Source of the DNA: Eledone cirrhosa
Lineage: Eukaryota
NCBI GenBank assembly: GCA_964016885.1
Contig: OZ024742.1
Span: 316,014,001-316,078,000 of the forward strand
DNA length: 64,000 bases
Direction: 5' to 3'
Part shown: one piece after another, positions 27,153 to 40,819 of the stretch
Position numbering within the stretch: the first letter of the stretch is position 1
Layout: the number at the start of each line of letters is the position of its first letter
Translations under genes and position numbers: made by a program
Notes under the pieces: generated by a model
Seen by the model: the letters and a program-made list of their open reading frames with translations, nothing else
Told to the model about the DNA's origin: nothing
Database searches by the model: none

Positions 27153-27337
27153 AATTGTTTCTACTTTTGGCACAAGGCCAGCAATAACCAAGTACATTAC
27201 TGGTACTTTATTTTATCGACCCCGTAAGAACGAAAGGCAAAGTTAACCTCGGCGGAATTGAACTCAGACCGTAAAGGGCTGTAACTCTATGCTGCAAAGC
27301 ATGGCGTCCGACCTCCAACCGATACTGCCAATCCACC
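27153..27337 (-). mobile_element. SINE (short-tail subfamily)
   Basis: Same boxes as 9832; further copies at 27855-28037 (plus) and diverged 28200-28320 (minus). Confidence 0.85.
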
Positions 27338-29124
27338 TCCCTTGAATATTATAATATAAGAATATCATAGTAATATCATAATATTAATATTCGGTTTGTT
27401 TACAAGTAAACAACCTCATAAAGAGAGAGAGAGGGAGAGAGAGAGAGAGAGAAATGGGAAAAAAGGGAAATAAAAGAGAAAATGAAATGATGCGGAGATT
27501 ATATTATAAATCAACATTTTTAAATATACTATTTTTAAATATACATTTTTAAATATACTATTTAAACTCCTGAATAAAAGAAACATTTTTTATTATTTAT
27601 TGCATTACAGCAATTAAAAAGTAGTCAAATGAATTAACTATTATTAGTCCTTTGAATTGAACTATTACTAGCTCTTTTAGCGAATACATTGTTGTGGTTT
27701 TACATTGTCAACTAAAGTTCTCATTTTTTTTAATAGTAAGAAACGTAGCTGACAATAGTTACATGTTTAAAACAGAGAGCAGTCTAATTCATAGGATTAA
27801 TTTCGAGAATTACAAAACTGTGCCAATGTATACATATTATGTATGTATAAGAGGACGGTGGATTTACGGTATAGAGTTACGGCCCTTTACGTTCTGAGTT
27901 CAAATCACGTCGAGGTTAGTTTTGCATATCATCCTTACGGTGTCGATAAAATAAAGCACCAGTAATACACTGGGTCCGATTTAATCGAATTTCCCCTCTC
28001 TTAAAATTGTTGGCCTTGTGCTTAAATTAGAAACCATTATTATCTAACGTTTTGTGGAGTCGTAGGGGCACGTAGTGTAATACGGCTTGGACATATTTAC
28101 ACTTGGCGTGTCCCATCTCTTCTCCAGGTCTGAACATAACTGATTTCTCCCAAACAAGGAGAGAGAGTGAGAGAGGAAGTAAGAACGAGATATAAAGGAA
28201 GAATCGATCCTAGTTCTGGACTGGAACTCTTTGTATCGATCTCAAATGGATGAAAGACAAAATTGATATTGGAGGGGTTTGAACTACCCAACGTTCTAAC
28301 AACTCTACCAATTCGCCGCCTACTTATTATTAACAGAGATCTAAAAAAGAAATGCACTCAATTTTTGAGCTAGGTAATTATATGAGAATGATAGCACTCC
28401 ATTAATATAAGTTAATTCATGTGGAATTAAACCCAAACAGGCTTCATATGCCTAAGTAAGAGACAGTATTGATAGAATATTCAGTGTACCATAGTATACG
28501 TTTAAATTGTATGCAGCCTTGCCTTTTAATGAATCTTTGAGTACAGCCCAAGTTATCAGAGAGATTGATTTTCTGGTTATCCACTGTTATTTTGTTGATA
28601 TAATAGTTCGTTATAGTCATTAATCACAAAGTTAGTCTTAAGGTTACGTATATTTTTTTGTAGAGAACTTCGGAAGTGTATTTCAAAATTCATACAACAA
28701 CATAATATAACTTTAAAAATATATATATTTTGGCGTATTTAATTTTTCCTATCTAAACTATATTTGGTGTAAAGAATATTCACACACTATTTCAGTTATT
28801 GTCTTTTTCCCCAAACATTTTAATTTCTAATCTTTCTCTAACTTCCTGAAACTTAATAGCGAAAAACATATTTCTTCATCTATGTTTTATAGATTCAGAC
28901 AGTACACAGATCTTTTGAAATAATGTGAATTCTTTCAGTGCGTTTGGTTTAATGTTTCCCCAAAGTCAAAGATTATACATTAGAAATAGTATTTCCTTCC
29001 TTTGGACTGGGGTCTGTAGGAGCGAAAAAGCTGACTAGATATCAATTACTATTATTCTTAGTGCACACACACGCTATCTTATTTCTATTCTCTCTCTCTC
29101 TCTCACTCTCTCTCTATATATATA

Positions 29125-30062
29125 TATCAACTAGAAATAGATTGATATATATATATATATATAAAATAAACATATGAAACAATCACAGGGAATAATTTGT
29201 AAAGTAAAGCACACATAGCTAGGTAGGTAACTAATTAAAGTTTAACTAGAACTTCAAATATAGATACCTTTTAAAATGATTAATCTCCTTTGTATATATT
29301 TCTTTAAATAAAAAATATATTTCACCAATTAATCGGTAAATCACAGTAGTCAAATCCTGGATGGTCACCAAAGGAGAAGATCCAACCATCTGAGTTTACA
29401 CATCAAATGCAAATATGTGAATGACTCGTACCACGTGTTGCATTTAAAAAAAAAATACATACATCGCACAGCGTCATCCCAGTGGCGGGAATAGGATTAT
29501 CGACAGCTAGAAATAGCAGCCGAGTCCATTCAACTGAGTTAGCTCTACAATTAAGGGGCCGTATATATATCCAAAATTAAATCAAGGGTTGTCATGTCTG
29601 AGAGACATGCGCCATATCCACTGCAGAATAAGCTCAAAGATTCCAATGAATAGATTCGAGCATTTTATATCAACTAGAAATAGATTGACATATATATATA
29701 TAAAATAAACATATGAAACAATCACAGGGAATAATTTGTAAAGTGTGTAAGCACACACAGCTAGGTAGGTAACTAATTAAAGTTTAACTACAACTTAAAA
29801 TATAGGTACCTTTTAAAATGATTAATCTCCTTTTATATATTTCTTTAAATGAAAAAATATATTTCACCACGATGTGTGTATTTAAAACAAAAATGCAACA
29901 CGTGGTACGAGTCATTCACATATTTGCATTTGCTGTGTAAACACAGATGGTTGGATCTTCTCCTTTGGTGACCATCCGGATTTGTCTACTGTGATTTACC
30001 GATTAATTGGTGAAATATATTTTTTATTTAAAGAAACATATACAAAGGAGATTAATCATTTT
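29125..30062. repeat. Combined direct and inverted local duplication
   Basis: 29125-29327 repeated directly at 29668-29869; 29273-29466 repeated inverted at 29870-30062. Confidence 0.9.
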
Positions 30063-30342
30063 GTTTATGAACTGCATCTAACCCTCCCCAGCCAAACATG
30101 TAGTACAACAAGTTGGACCTGAAGTAAGGATTTTATAATAAACTCTGTCTTGGTTCTCTTTGTACTGTAAACATAGATGATAGGCAAATCACACCCAGTC
30201 ATACTTCAGTCTAATTTCCAAGTGGAGTAATTTCATTGATATTTTTTACGTTTCTAATTCCATTGAGAACTGAAAGAACGTGACGAGACCTCGCCCAACT
30301 ATATAATGGTTTCTAATTTAAGAAGTTCGCACCGATCACCTG

Positions 30343-30470
30343 ACCTGGAAAGGAGCCACCAGAAAGAATGGCAACCCCAATCTCAATGTGAACGTAGAGG
30401 CCTTATTAGACGCCTGTGCTATTAATGGGCCCTCTATTATAAACATCTTCTACCACAAAACATCCATAAG
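30343..30470 (+). pseudogene. RTE-clade LINE APE endonuclease relic
   Basis: TWKGATRKNGNPNLNVNVEALLDACAINGPSIINIFYH resembles the RTE motif TW.G.IG.NG..DLN..G..LLDFC...L.I.NT.F.HK. Confidence 0.55.
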
Positions 30471-30935
30471 TGGGTGAGTGGTTAGGGAATTGGATTGGAA
30501 ATTGTGAGATTATGAGTTCGATTCCTGGACCGGGCGATGCGTTATGTCCTTGAGCAAGACACTTTATTTCACGTTGGTCCTTCTACATAGAGTTGTGACC
30601 AATAGATAGTACTAGCAATTGGAAAGATCAACGGAAACATTGTTTCCTCAGTCCGATTTGACGAAAGTCGATCAACTGTCGATATATATATATTCACACA
30701 CATATATATACATATATATACACACACACATACATACATATATGTATATATATTATATATATGGAGATGTATTTTAATTATGTCTCATATAAAATAATAC
30801 AACTGGCTATCCGCAAAATACATATAGTTAGCACCCCAAAGGTAAAATTGGGATTATACTAAGGGATATCCTAATGTTTGTTGAGTGAGATGGAAGCCAG
30901 TCAGAGTATTGCTTAAAGCTTTCTCTGTTAATGTA

Positions 30936-31022
<87 letters not shown>

Positions 31023-31572
31023 CACTAATATACTTAACAACTCAATGAAACGGATCGCTAAAATAAATCTAATTCAGCGAAGCAAATATACATATAGAAC
31101 ATCTTATACAAAATCACTGTAAAGTTATCTAAAATAAGAACATTTCACAAGCATTTTCCCACAGGGATAGTCTTAGTTCAGCAACCTAAAGCTCATACAC
31201 TTACTGCAATTTCCAAGATCAAGGTACATTATTGACCATCCTTTCAGAAAATCTTTTCGTCAGAGGGACGAAATCTTTTCGTAAGGTATTAGAAAAATAT
31301 ATATAAATCTGTTAAGTAAAAGGAGTTCATCCTTTCACTTGTATGAAGCAAAATAATAAAAAAAAACAATATAAATTCCATGCATGCGTAGGTTTACTAA
31401 CAAGGTAATTATTTGTATATACGGACAAAGTGACGAGTCTAAATTGCCACTAGAAATAGCAGTCAATATATATATATTTGAATTTTGAAAACCGAACAAT
31501 ACGTTAGAAAGAACATTAAATCGCCAAGATAATAAAAGAATCTTACCTTAGTATATATATATATATATATAT

Positions 31573-31761
31573 AACGAAGGAAATGTGGTAAGGAACCAGG
31601 TGGACCATAACGCATCAAAGTACTCAATACTTAGGGTAGTAGAGTGGGTAATAGGAACAAGTAAGACCCCGACGGCTGAGCTCAAGCCGTTTCGACGGCT
31701 AATTCTGTACTGAATTAGCCGTCGAAACGGCTTGAGCTCAGCCGTCGGGGTCTTACTTGTT

Positions 31762-31766
<5 letters not shown>
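31573..31766. mobile_element. Fold-back short element; perfect 55-bp arms built from the 3' half of a hammerhead
   Basis: Arms 31651-31705 / 31712-31766; each strand reads GTC-GAAACGGCT-tgagctc-AGCCGTC|GGGGTC. Confidence 0.8.
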
Positions 31767-31851
<85 letters not shown>

Positions 31852-31888
31852 TAGATAGATAGATAAACTAAGCCACTTTTGCAATGAA

Positions 31889-33089
<1,201 letters not shown>

Positions 33090-33309
33090 CTGGGATAGAC
33101 ACAAGTGCTGAGCTTGCTCGGTAAGTTTCGTTTAAATTTATCTGGAAATTGTGAACTGTAAACTTTCATGTTTGTACCATTTTGTAGAGAGACTGCCAGG
33201 TCAAACTTTGATCTGGTCAGTCTCTCAAAATATTCTACGCCTTTAGGCGAAATAGTGTTGTAAAAATTTAATCTTTCGAAAAATTTCGAAAAATCCTATT
33301 TTGATAAAA

Positions 33310-35103
33310 ATGGCTGAAGCATCTTCACCAAAATTCGAAGGAGGAAAGGGGAAGATAAGCTTACAGATTCCCCCTGCCACTGTCACAGTAGCAGAGGTCA
33401 AAAAGAAAGGTCAGCCAGAGGAAGGATTTTCTCCACCTGTTGACCGACAACCTGACGTTGCCATGGCAACAAACCAAAGTACCAGCGGCACCAGCAACAG
33501 CAACAACAACAACAATGCGACGGACGAAAACAACACCAATAACAATAACAACAACAACAAGACCAATAACTGTGATAACAACAACAATGATAACAACAAC
33601 ACCACCAACTACAACAGCAACACAAACAAAAAAAATTTCTCCTTCGCCGAGACGGCAAGGAAAACCCTCGACTATCTCCCAGTAGATATAACCAAAGCGA
33701 AGGAGCTACTGGCAGATGCCAAAAATTATATGGTGTACGGGGAAAATGGTTCATTCACGATCCATTCCCCCCCGGAACTAAAAAGCCAGAGACTCCTAAA
33801 CACTGTCATGTTTAGGACAATCTCGAATAAAAGCAAAAAACCAGCTCAACCATCACAGAGTGAGATAGAGCTGGTTTTAAAAGACGTCATGAAGGACATC
33901 ACCTTCATTCAGAAGGATAGACTCTACGGGAGTCTATCCACTCTCATGAAGGACAGGGACACAGCAGTGAAACTGTCCATCAAACCAATCACATCCACCG
34001 CATACACCTTCTACCCTACGTACATGGGTAGAAGAACACAAAAAATAAAAATACACACCATCCTGCCGATTATGGACATATGGTGGGTTTTGACAGGTTT
34101 CCTGGACCTGGATGATGACACGCTGGTGTCCATGGGAAAGGCATCGGGTGACGCATTCAGTGGAACGAGCCTCGAACTTGTAGTTCAAATGAGGCCCGAA
34201 AGGATCGCCCAGATCCCTGAACACGTCATACTGGATGATCAAACTTTCATCAACATTACCGTTGAGGGTAGGCGGCCCTCGTGTTACCTCTGCGGAACCA
34301 GAGGTCACCTGAGGGCTGTCTGTCCCCAACTTAATAAGAAAACCCCAATCCTGCCTACACCACCAACAACTGCACAACCAACACAATCACCACAACTACC
34401 ACTACAAAAACAACCACCACAGCTCAAACCAAAACAAAACAATGTCCAATCCATCCCTCCCACTAAAAAAAAAAAAACAATTTCCAAAACACCCGCACCG
34501 CAAACACAACCCGAAAATATACCCCTCCCCTCCAACGCGGAAGATGACCCTAGTTCGTCGTCAGACGAGGAGGAGCACTTCCACACAATCAAAAGAAAAA
34601 AAAGAAAGCACACCTCAGACACACAAATGAAAACAACCCCTCCCCAAAACATAACACTGACACCAACACAAAAGAGCTCACAACAACAGCAAACAAAAAA
34701 CACCACACAAAAACAAAAACATGCATACACATACATAAATACAAGAAACAAAAAACTGTTAAACATTGTGTACAACAGCAATCTAATAAAAACCCAAGGG
34801 CCTAACTTCACCCAGGCAGGGGATTTCCCCCACCTCAAAATGATTAAGGCCCCACAGGACACCTATAAAACTTTAAAAAACAACTTTAAAGAGGACGTGG
34901 GTCCCCCCTGCGTCGGGCCCATTAACCGCGTCCTCCTAAAAAACTACCCCACCCTCTCCCCAAACACCCACACAACTCCAAACTCCCCAACCACACAGCA
35001 CACTGATGCCCCTACACCTCCACAAACAACCACCCCACCCAACAACCCATCCCCCACCCTAATGGAAATTGTGCAGCCCGATACCCGGGACGCAGAGAGG
35101 TAA
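33310..35103 (+). CDS. LINE ORF1 gag-like protein with CCHC zinc knuckle
   Basis: Open ~597 aa; CYLCGTRGHLRAVC; poly-Asn tract and Pro/Thr/Gln-rich tail. Confidence 0.85.
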   Translation: MAEASSPKFEGGKGKISLQIPPATVTVAEVKKKGQPEEGFSPPVDRQPDVAMATNQSTSGTSNSNNNNNATDENNTNNNNNNNKTNNCDNNNNDNNNTTNYNSNTNKKNFSFAETARKTLDYLPVDITKAKELLADAKNYMVYGENGSFTIHSPPELKSQRLLNTVMFRTISNKSKKPAQPSQSEIELVLKDVMKDITFIQKDRLYGSLSTLMKDRDTAVKLSIKPITSTAYTFYPTYMGRRTQKIKIHTILPIMDIWWVLTGFLDLDDDTLVSMGKASGDAFSGTSLELVVQMRPERIAQIPEHVILDDQTFINITVEGRRPSCYLCGTRGHLRAVCPQLNKKTPILPTPPTTAQPTQSPQLPLQKQPPQLKPKQNNVQSIPPTKKKKTISKTPAPQTQPENIPLPSNAEDDPSSSSDEEEHFHTIKRKKRKHTSDTQMKTTPPQNITLTPTQKSSQQQQTKNTTQKQKHAYTYINTRNKKLLNIVYNSNLIKTQGPNFTQAGDFPHLKMIKAPQDTYKTLKNNFKEDVGPPCVGPINRVLLKNYPTLSPNTHTTPNSPTTQHTDAPTPPQTTTPPNNPSPTLMEIVQPDTRDAER

Positions 35104-35133
35104 GTGCCTTTTCTCTTCACCACCAACAGGGCC

Positions 35134-38100
35134 ATGCTAAGAGTAGGCTGTTTAAATGCGCGTGGCCTGGGCTCAACATGGAAGCAAGCAATGCTTCTAA
35201 ATGACCTCAGGTCACAACGTATAGATGTGATGGTTATTTGCGAGGCCCGGATCAGCAACGTGCGACAGCTGACCCCCACCTTTGATGACTTTGAGATGCA
35301 CGCATCTTTCTGTCAGCCCGGAGGTGGGGGTGGGGTTGTCGTTCTGCTGCAAAAAACATCTGGGTCTCGCAACACAGATGGTACATTTGGACCCGGAGGG
35401 TCGACTAGTGGTTCGGGACCTTGGCAGTGGTAAAGGCGGAGCGTTTAGGTTGGTAGCCGCCTACGGCCCTTTCGGGTCAATGCGGCCGGACTTCTTCCAT
35501 CGTCTGGAGACTTTTCTAGGGACGTCCCGCTCCTTGCTATTAGTGGGGGACTGGAATGGTATCCTAGATGCACGCTGGGACTACGTAGGGGCCTCTCCCG
35601 ATAGAGAGGGTTGTAATAGCCTCAAAGGGTTAATCGGTCGATTTGACCTGGCCGATAGATATCGACTAGATTTTCCGACTGCGCCAACCTGGACTTGGGC
35701 AAATCGTAGCGGATCATCTAGGTCGTACCTAGATAGGTTCTTAGTTAGAATTAAGGATAAGGACTTTTTAAGTTGTCCAAAAATGCGCATGTTTGGCTAT
35801 TCAGACCACAAGTTAGTGACCTGCATGGTCAACCTTGACAGAACTCATAGACAGGGACCCGGTTACTGGAAGCTCAACTTGTCCTTACCGGCAAGTAAGG
35901 CTTACAGGGACCGGATTAGCACTTTAGTTAAGGAGCGGTTGACGGGCGCCATCGTCAACAGCAGGTGGTGGGGATCTCTCAAAAGAGAGATTAGAGTAGT
36001 CTCTATAGAATTTAGTAAGGAGTTAGCCTCAAATAGAAATAGGAAGGAAAGGGAGTTGGTAGATAGTGTAGAAGAGGCAATTAGAAGCGGCGACGTGGCC
36101 AGAGTGCTAGCGTCGAGAACGGCCCTGGGCCAGTTCTTCGACGCGAAACACTAAGGCTGCATCGTCCGAAGCAAAATACATGCTCTGGTAAACGAGGGGA
36201 CCAAAGCTGTTAGCTGGGCCCGCGTGACAGAAGCCAAAAGAGGGAGCAGATCCACTATCCAGTCTTTGCGAGACCAGGATGGACGGGTGATCCTTGAACC
36301 TAAGCAGATGTGCGAGGCTTTTAAAAAGCACTTTGCCGGATTGTTCGGAAGGGGCGGGGAGCCGGTTGGGGATGTGGACTTCGGTCTATACCTCGACGGC
36401 CTGCCGCGTCCCTCGGACAGGGAGGCGAAGTCCTGCGAGGAGTCGATTTCAGCCGCTGAGATAGAGGATGTGCTGAGCCAATGCGGCAAACGCAAATCCC
36501 CGGGTCTCGATGGTCTTCCATACGAACTATATCTAGCTATGCCGGACTTGTTCCCCAATCTCCTCGAGGCGGTCTACTGCAACTGGCAACAGAACGGGAG
36601 AATTCCCTGTGCTGTGACCAAGGGCGTAGTCACGCTAGTGAGGAAGGACGAGAACAAGGGGGACGATATAAATAATTTCAGGCCCATAACTCTGCTAAAT
36701 ACAGAGTTACAGATTTTGGCCAAGGTGCTAGCAAAGAGGTTCGCGCTTGTCGTGGGTAACCTGGTGGGAGATGCGCAGACATGTGCTATACCGTCCAGGT
36801 CCATCCACGACAACCTCCACCTCATGCGATACATCATAGAGAGGGTTGGGAACGAACCCGACTATGGTGGGGCCCTGATCAACTTGGATCAATCTAAGGC
36901 ATTCGATAGGGTCTACCATGGTTACCTGGATGCGGTGCTAGCGGCGGCAGGCTTCGGACCCGTTTTCAGGGGCTGGATCAATGCCATGCACAGCAGCCGC
37001 ATCTGCTCTAGGGTCAAGGTGAACGGCTACCTCTCGGAGCCGTTCGAAATCGCGCGATCCATCCGACAGGAGTGTCCTCTCTCCTCCCCTCTGTATGTAA
37101 TGACTCTAGAGCCACTGCTGCGGAAGTTGGAATTGTTGCAGGGCATCCCGTTGGAACCGGGATTGCGGAAAGCGGTGTCAGCCTACGCCGATGACGTAAT
37201 AGTAATGGTGTCGACGGCCTCGGAAATCGGGGCGATCGTCACCTTACTGGAGGAGTACGAAAGGTTTACAGGGGCTAAGCTGAACCGGGACAAGTCGATC
37301 GGTCTGCAACTCGGCACGTGGAGGGGCAGATCGATGCCCTCCGATGGCGTCGTCGGGCGCTGGACGGAGGGCCCGGTGAAGTTGCTCGGAGTCTGGTCGG
37401 ACCAGACCTCCAGGTGGAAAAGAACTGGGGTGAGGTAACGAACAGGGTGTTTGCACTGACCCAGAAGTGGGCCGAGTGCAAACTGTCCCTGAAAGGTCGG
37501 GCGGAGGTGGCGAACACTTATATAGCGTCCGTCATCTACTACCGCCTGACCGTTGTGCCTTGCCCAAGGGAAACGCTCGCCAAAATGGAGCGCGCACTCT
37601 TCCAATTCCTTTGGAAGAAGCGGGCTCCTATGGTGAGGAGATCCATCTGCTGTCAACACCCTTCGAAAGGAGGGCTGGGGAAGCCGTGGTTAATGATACG
37701 TAAACACGCATTAAGGCTACGGCACCTTCAGGTATTCCTCTCCGGTCAACCGGTGTGGGCCCCGTTTGTGAGGCGAGCCTTTCCCAGACTCGTCTCACTC
37801 ACCAAACTGCAATCCTGGGTCAAGCAAAGACCGAGAAAACTGTGCGCCTGGCACACCGAGTATGCCCAAGCGCTCACGGCTCTCTGGCAGGCGGACCCGG
37901 CTGTCAGTGGAGAATCCACCTCGTCATTCTATAAAGGGCTGGTGGTTAGCAGGTGCGACGACACCCTCGGAGAAGCCGTAGGCATGGAGGAAGACGAACT
38001 GGCCAACCTGTTCGGTAGGACATTCAGCCCAGGACCCATGGATAACTTCCAGAGGTCCCTGGCCTGGCAATGCTACAGAAGGGCTCTGCCCGTTCGAGAA

Positions 38101-38565
38101 AGGCTCTACAGACACGGGCGCCCGGGTAGGGACCCCTCGAAAAAGATCTGTCCCAGATGCGTGTGCGACGAGGAAACTGTTGCACACGCATTGGTACACT
38201 GCTCAGGCATTGCCGATCTGTGGGGCTATGTCGAACAACTGCTGTCATGTGTGGGAACGATCCGGTTGACCACCGAGTCCATTGTAACGATCAAGCCGCC
38301 TCCCCTCTTCAAAAACGAAGAAGAGGCAGTGTTTCTGTGCGTAATAGCCATGGCCAAAGAGGTTGTATGGTGGACGCGTCTGAAATGACTGAGGTCAGAC
38401 ACCTTTCTCTCTGGCCAACAACTGGTCCGTTTCTTCCGATATCATTTCGGAAGAAGGATCAGGATGGAGAGAGAGGTGTTGCCCCCCAGCCGTTTTTATG
38501 AAAGATGGGTGAAAGTGGCGAGAATGGCCCGTGTGAATGGGCCTTCGCTCTACATCAGACTATAG
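35134..38565 (+). pseudogene. LINE ORF2: APE endonuclease, reverse transcriptase, Cys finger
   Basis: LNARGL, GDWN, YLDRF, SDHK; SPGLDG, FRPITLLN, DQSKAFD, AYADD; CPRC..ETVAH..C; frameshifts at ~35355 and ~37395, stops at 36152 and 38386. Confidence 0.92.
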
Positions 38566-39072
38566 GTGAGGAAGATGAAAGACCAAGGGAGCACCCCTTC
38601 TCTGTGCTCCTGAGGAAAAGGGTTGCACACTTTTTTTCGGGGGTGTGTGCGACCCCCCAAGGCGCCTCCTCTCTATTGAGGACTTTGTTATAAATTTTAT
38701 TTTTTGTTATATTTTATTTTATTTTTATATATTGTTATTGCCTCCTCCTTATTGAGGACGCCTTGTTTTGTAAACTCCCCCCATTGTACTTGTCCCACTT
38801 TTGATGCCCTGGTGGCAAATGAAAGAAACATATCTATCTATCTATCTATCTATACATCTATCTATGTATATCTATCTCGGCTGGTCTCGATTGGGTATCC
38901 AACCGGATCAATTAGAGACGGTTGAAGAAGTTTCCAACGCTTGTTCATTTCTTCATCGGAAAGGAACACGAGGAAAGACCAAATAGATTTGTAGGTAGAG
39001 AAAAAGAAGAAAAACCACCCCTTTTACCCCCACCCCCACAAAAAGAATATATATATATATATATACACATAT

Positions 39073-39265
39073 ATATTTAATATAGAAAAGGCTTCTACAG
39101 GACTAGAACTGTTTCATTCGGGAGAAATCATCAGGAAAACGATGATTCCTCCCGAATGAAACAATTCTAGTCCTCTAGAAGCTTTTTCTATATTAAATAT
39201 TTATACTCTGCTCTGTAATGAGTACCTTACTTACTGTGGTTACCCCCGATTGAACCCGGGATAAA

Positions 39266-39268
<3 letters not shown>
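39073..39268. mobile_element. Fold-back short element with hammerhead core at the apex
   Basis: Arms 39073-39132 / 39141-39200; minus strand CTGATGA-tttctcccgaat-GAAACAGTT; tail to 39268; (TA)n flanks. Confidence 0.75.
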
Positions 39269-39326
<58 letters not shown>

Positions 39327-40059
39327 ACACGTATGTATCAAACAGCAGCTATATTGGAGGCAAAAGAATGCATTTGGCGAAGAAGTCAGATTTGGCAGAT
39401 ATGTATAAAGTGAAAGTATCGGTAATGTAAAAGTATGTTTGTGCGTGCGTACTTGTATGTGTGTGTGTGTGTGGGGGGGGGGGGGGTTATAGGCGTATGT
39501 CTACGTCTGGGTCTGTATGTCAGTCAGTAGGCTATGTAGTCTTAACTGCGCGTTCAAGCGTGGAATTTGGGGAGAAAAGTTTACGCGACTGTGAATATTT
39601 GAAAAAATATATATATTCCTGTGTATGTTTGGTGTTTTTCTAGTGATACATATATGTTGTGTATGCTGCATAATTTCTGGGCATAAGTGTGTGTTTGGTG
39701 TAATGTGAGCGAAACTCATCCTGATTGATTCTTTCAATTTAATATTCATACACGCCTTCTTTGGATTTGATAGGGTTAAACATTGGAACTTTTCCTCCAA
39801 ACCTCATTACCTCCATTAGAAAGACAGGGATAGCATTCAAGCACATTTCTCTGTTTGAAATAAATGGGATAGGCACACACTGATACTGAGATGGGAAATC
39901 AACAATGAACTAATTATAGTGCATCACACAGATAAAGGTATAAAGTCAGCCTGTGATCTTTCGTCAGTTTTCTTTTATTTGAAGCTTTTCTGCGAATACA
40001 TTCTATTCATAATCTGGCTATCTTGCAACATTTACTCTCTTATCTAAATATAGCCTGTA

Positions 40060-40790
40060 GCTCCAAGCATCGAACATTTCTCTAAGCTGCCGGGGGGAAA
40101 GATGTAGGTAAATCTTTAAACATGGCTAACGTCTACGATTAGAACCATCATTAAAATTGCAAATCAAATATAAGCTTCTGCCATGAAGACATCACTGCTA
40201 ATAAGGGGAGTCGCTGAAAATGTAAATTATTGGAAAATGGAAAATTGCTAGCTAGATAGGTGGACGAGGAAACGAAACACAACATACCATTAGGTAAACT
40301 GATCATCACGAAAAACACAAGATGCATCTACATACACACGCAGAAGCATTCTCACGCAGCGCATGAAGGCTTGACATATTCAAACGATGGTATAACTTAT
40401 ACATTGTCTGCATCTGAAGGGAAGTTTAAACAATAGACATGGATTTCCCTAAGTTTGCAAGAATATCATCAAGCGTTCCAATTATCCTCCCCAACTTGTC
40501 TTCAATTGAGATGAAACTAGTTTGTTCTGGGGAAAAATGCTATGTCATATTCACACTTTTACTTGGCAGTAAGAATTCCAGGGATTTCAATCTGAAGCTG
40601 CAAATCGCTTGTCATTGAGAAGCAACCGATAATGGAGTATCAAAGATGCATCTGCCTGGGTGGCAATAAAACTGTTTACATAGAGATCTGTTATATATCT
40701 TAAGTCCAGCAACAAAAAGATATTGTGAAGAACATAACCTTAGATCAAAAACGTTGTTGCTGGATAATGGTGCAAGTCATTCTTAAAATC
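40060..40790 (+). pseudogene. Tigger/pogo transposase relic
   Basis: YPPQLVFN*DETSLFWGKM (~40483-40540) and LLLDNGASH (~40755-40780) match pogo DDD motifs. Confidence 0.7.
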
Positions 40791-40819
40791 TCCCGAGCAT
40801 GCTATTGCTGCTGATACGA

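Larger units (their letters stand above)
27695..31308 (-). pseudogene. Probable decayed leucine-rich-repeat protein gene
   Basis: Manual translation across broken frames: KISSL*RKDFLKGWSIMYLDLGNC|gtaagt (31205-31308, AG/GT bounded), NIKPNALKEF (~28930-28960), QKINLSDNL (28549-28575), LSFSYNYL (28371-28394), LRRCT-like ILEINPMN-DCSL (~27775-27810). Confidence 0.4.
33091..38830 (+). mobile_element. Full-length L1-clade (Tx1-like) LINE, ORF2 disabled
   Basis: 5' UTR, ORF1, ORF2 (APE-RT-Cys finger) and 3' UTR ending AAGAAACA|TATC; (TATC)n on both sides. Confidence 0.9.
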
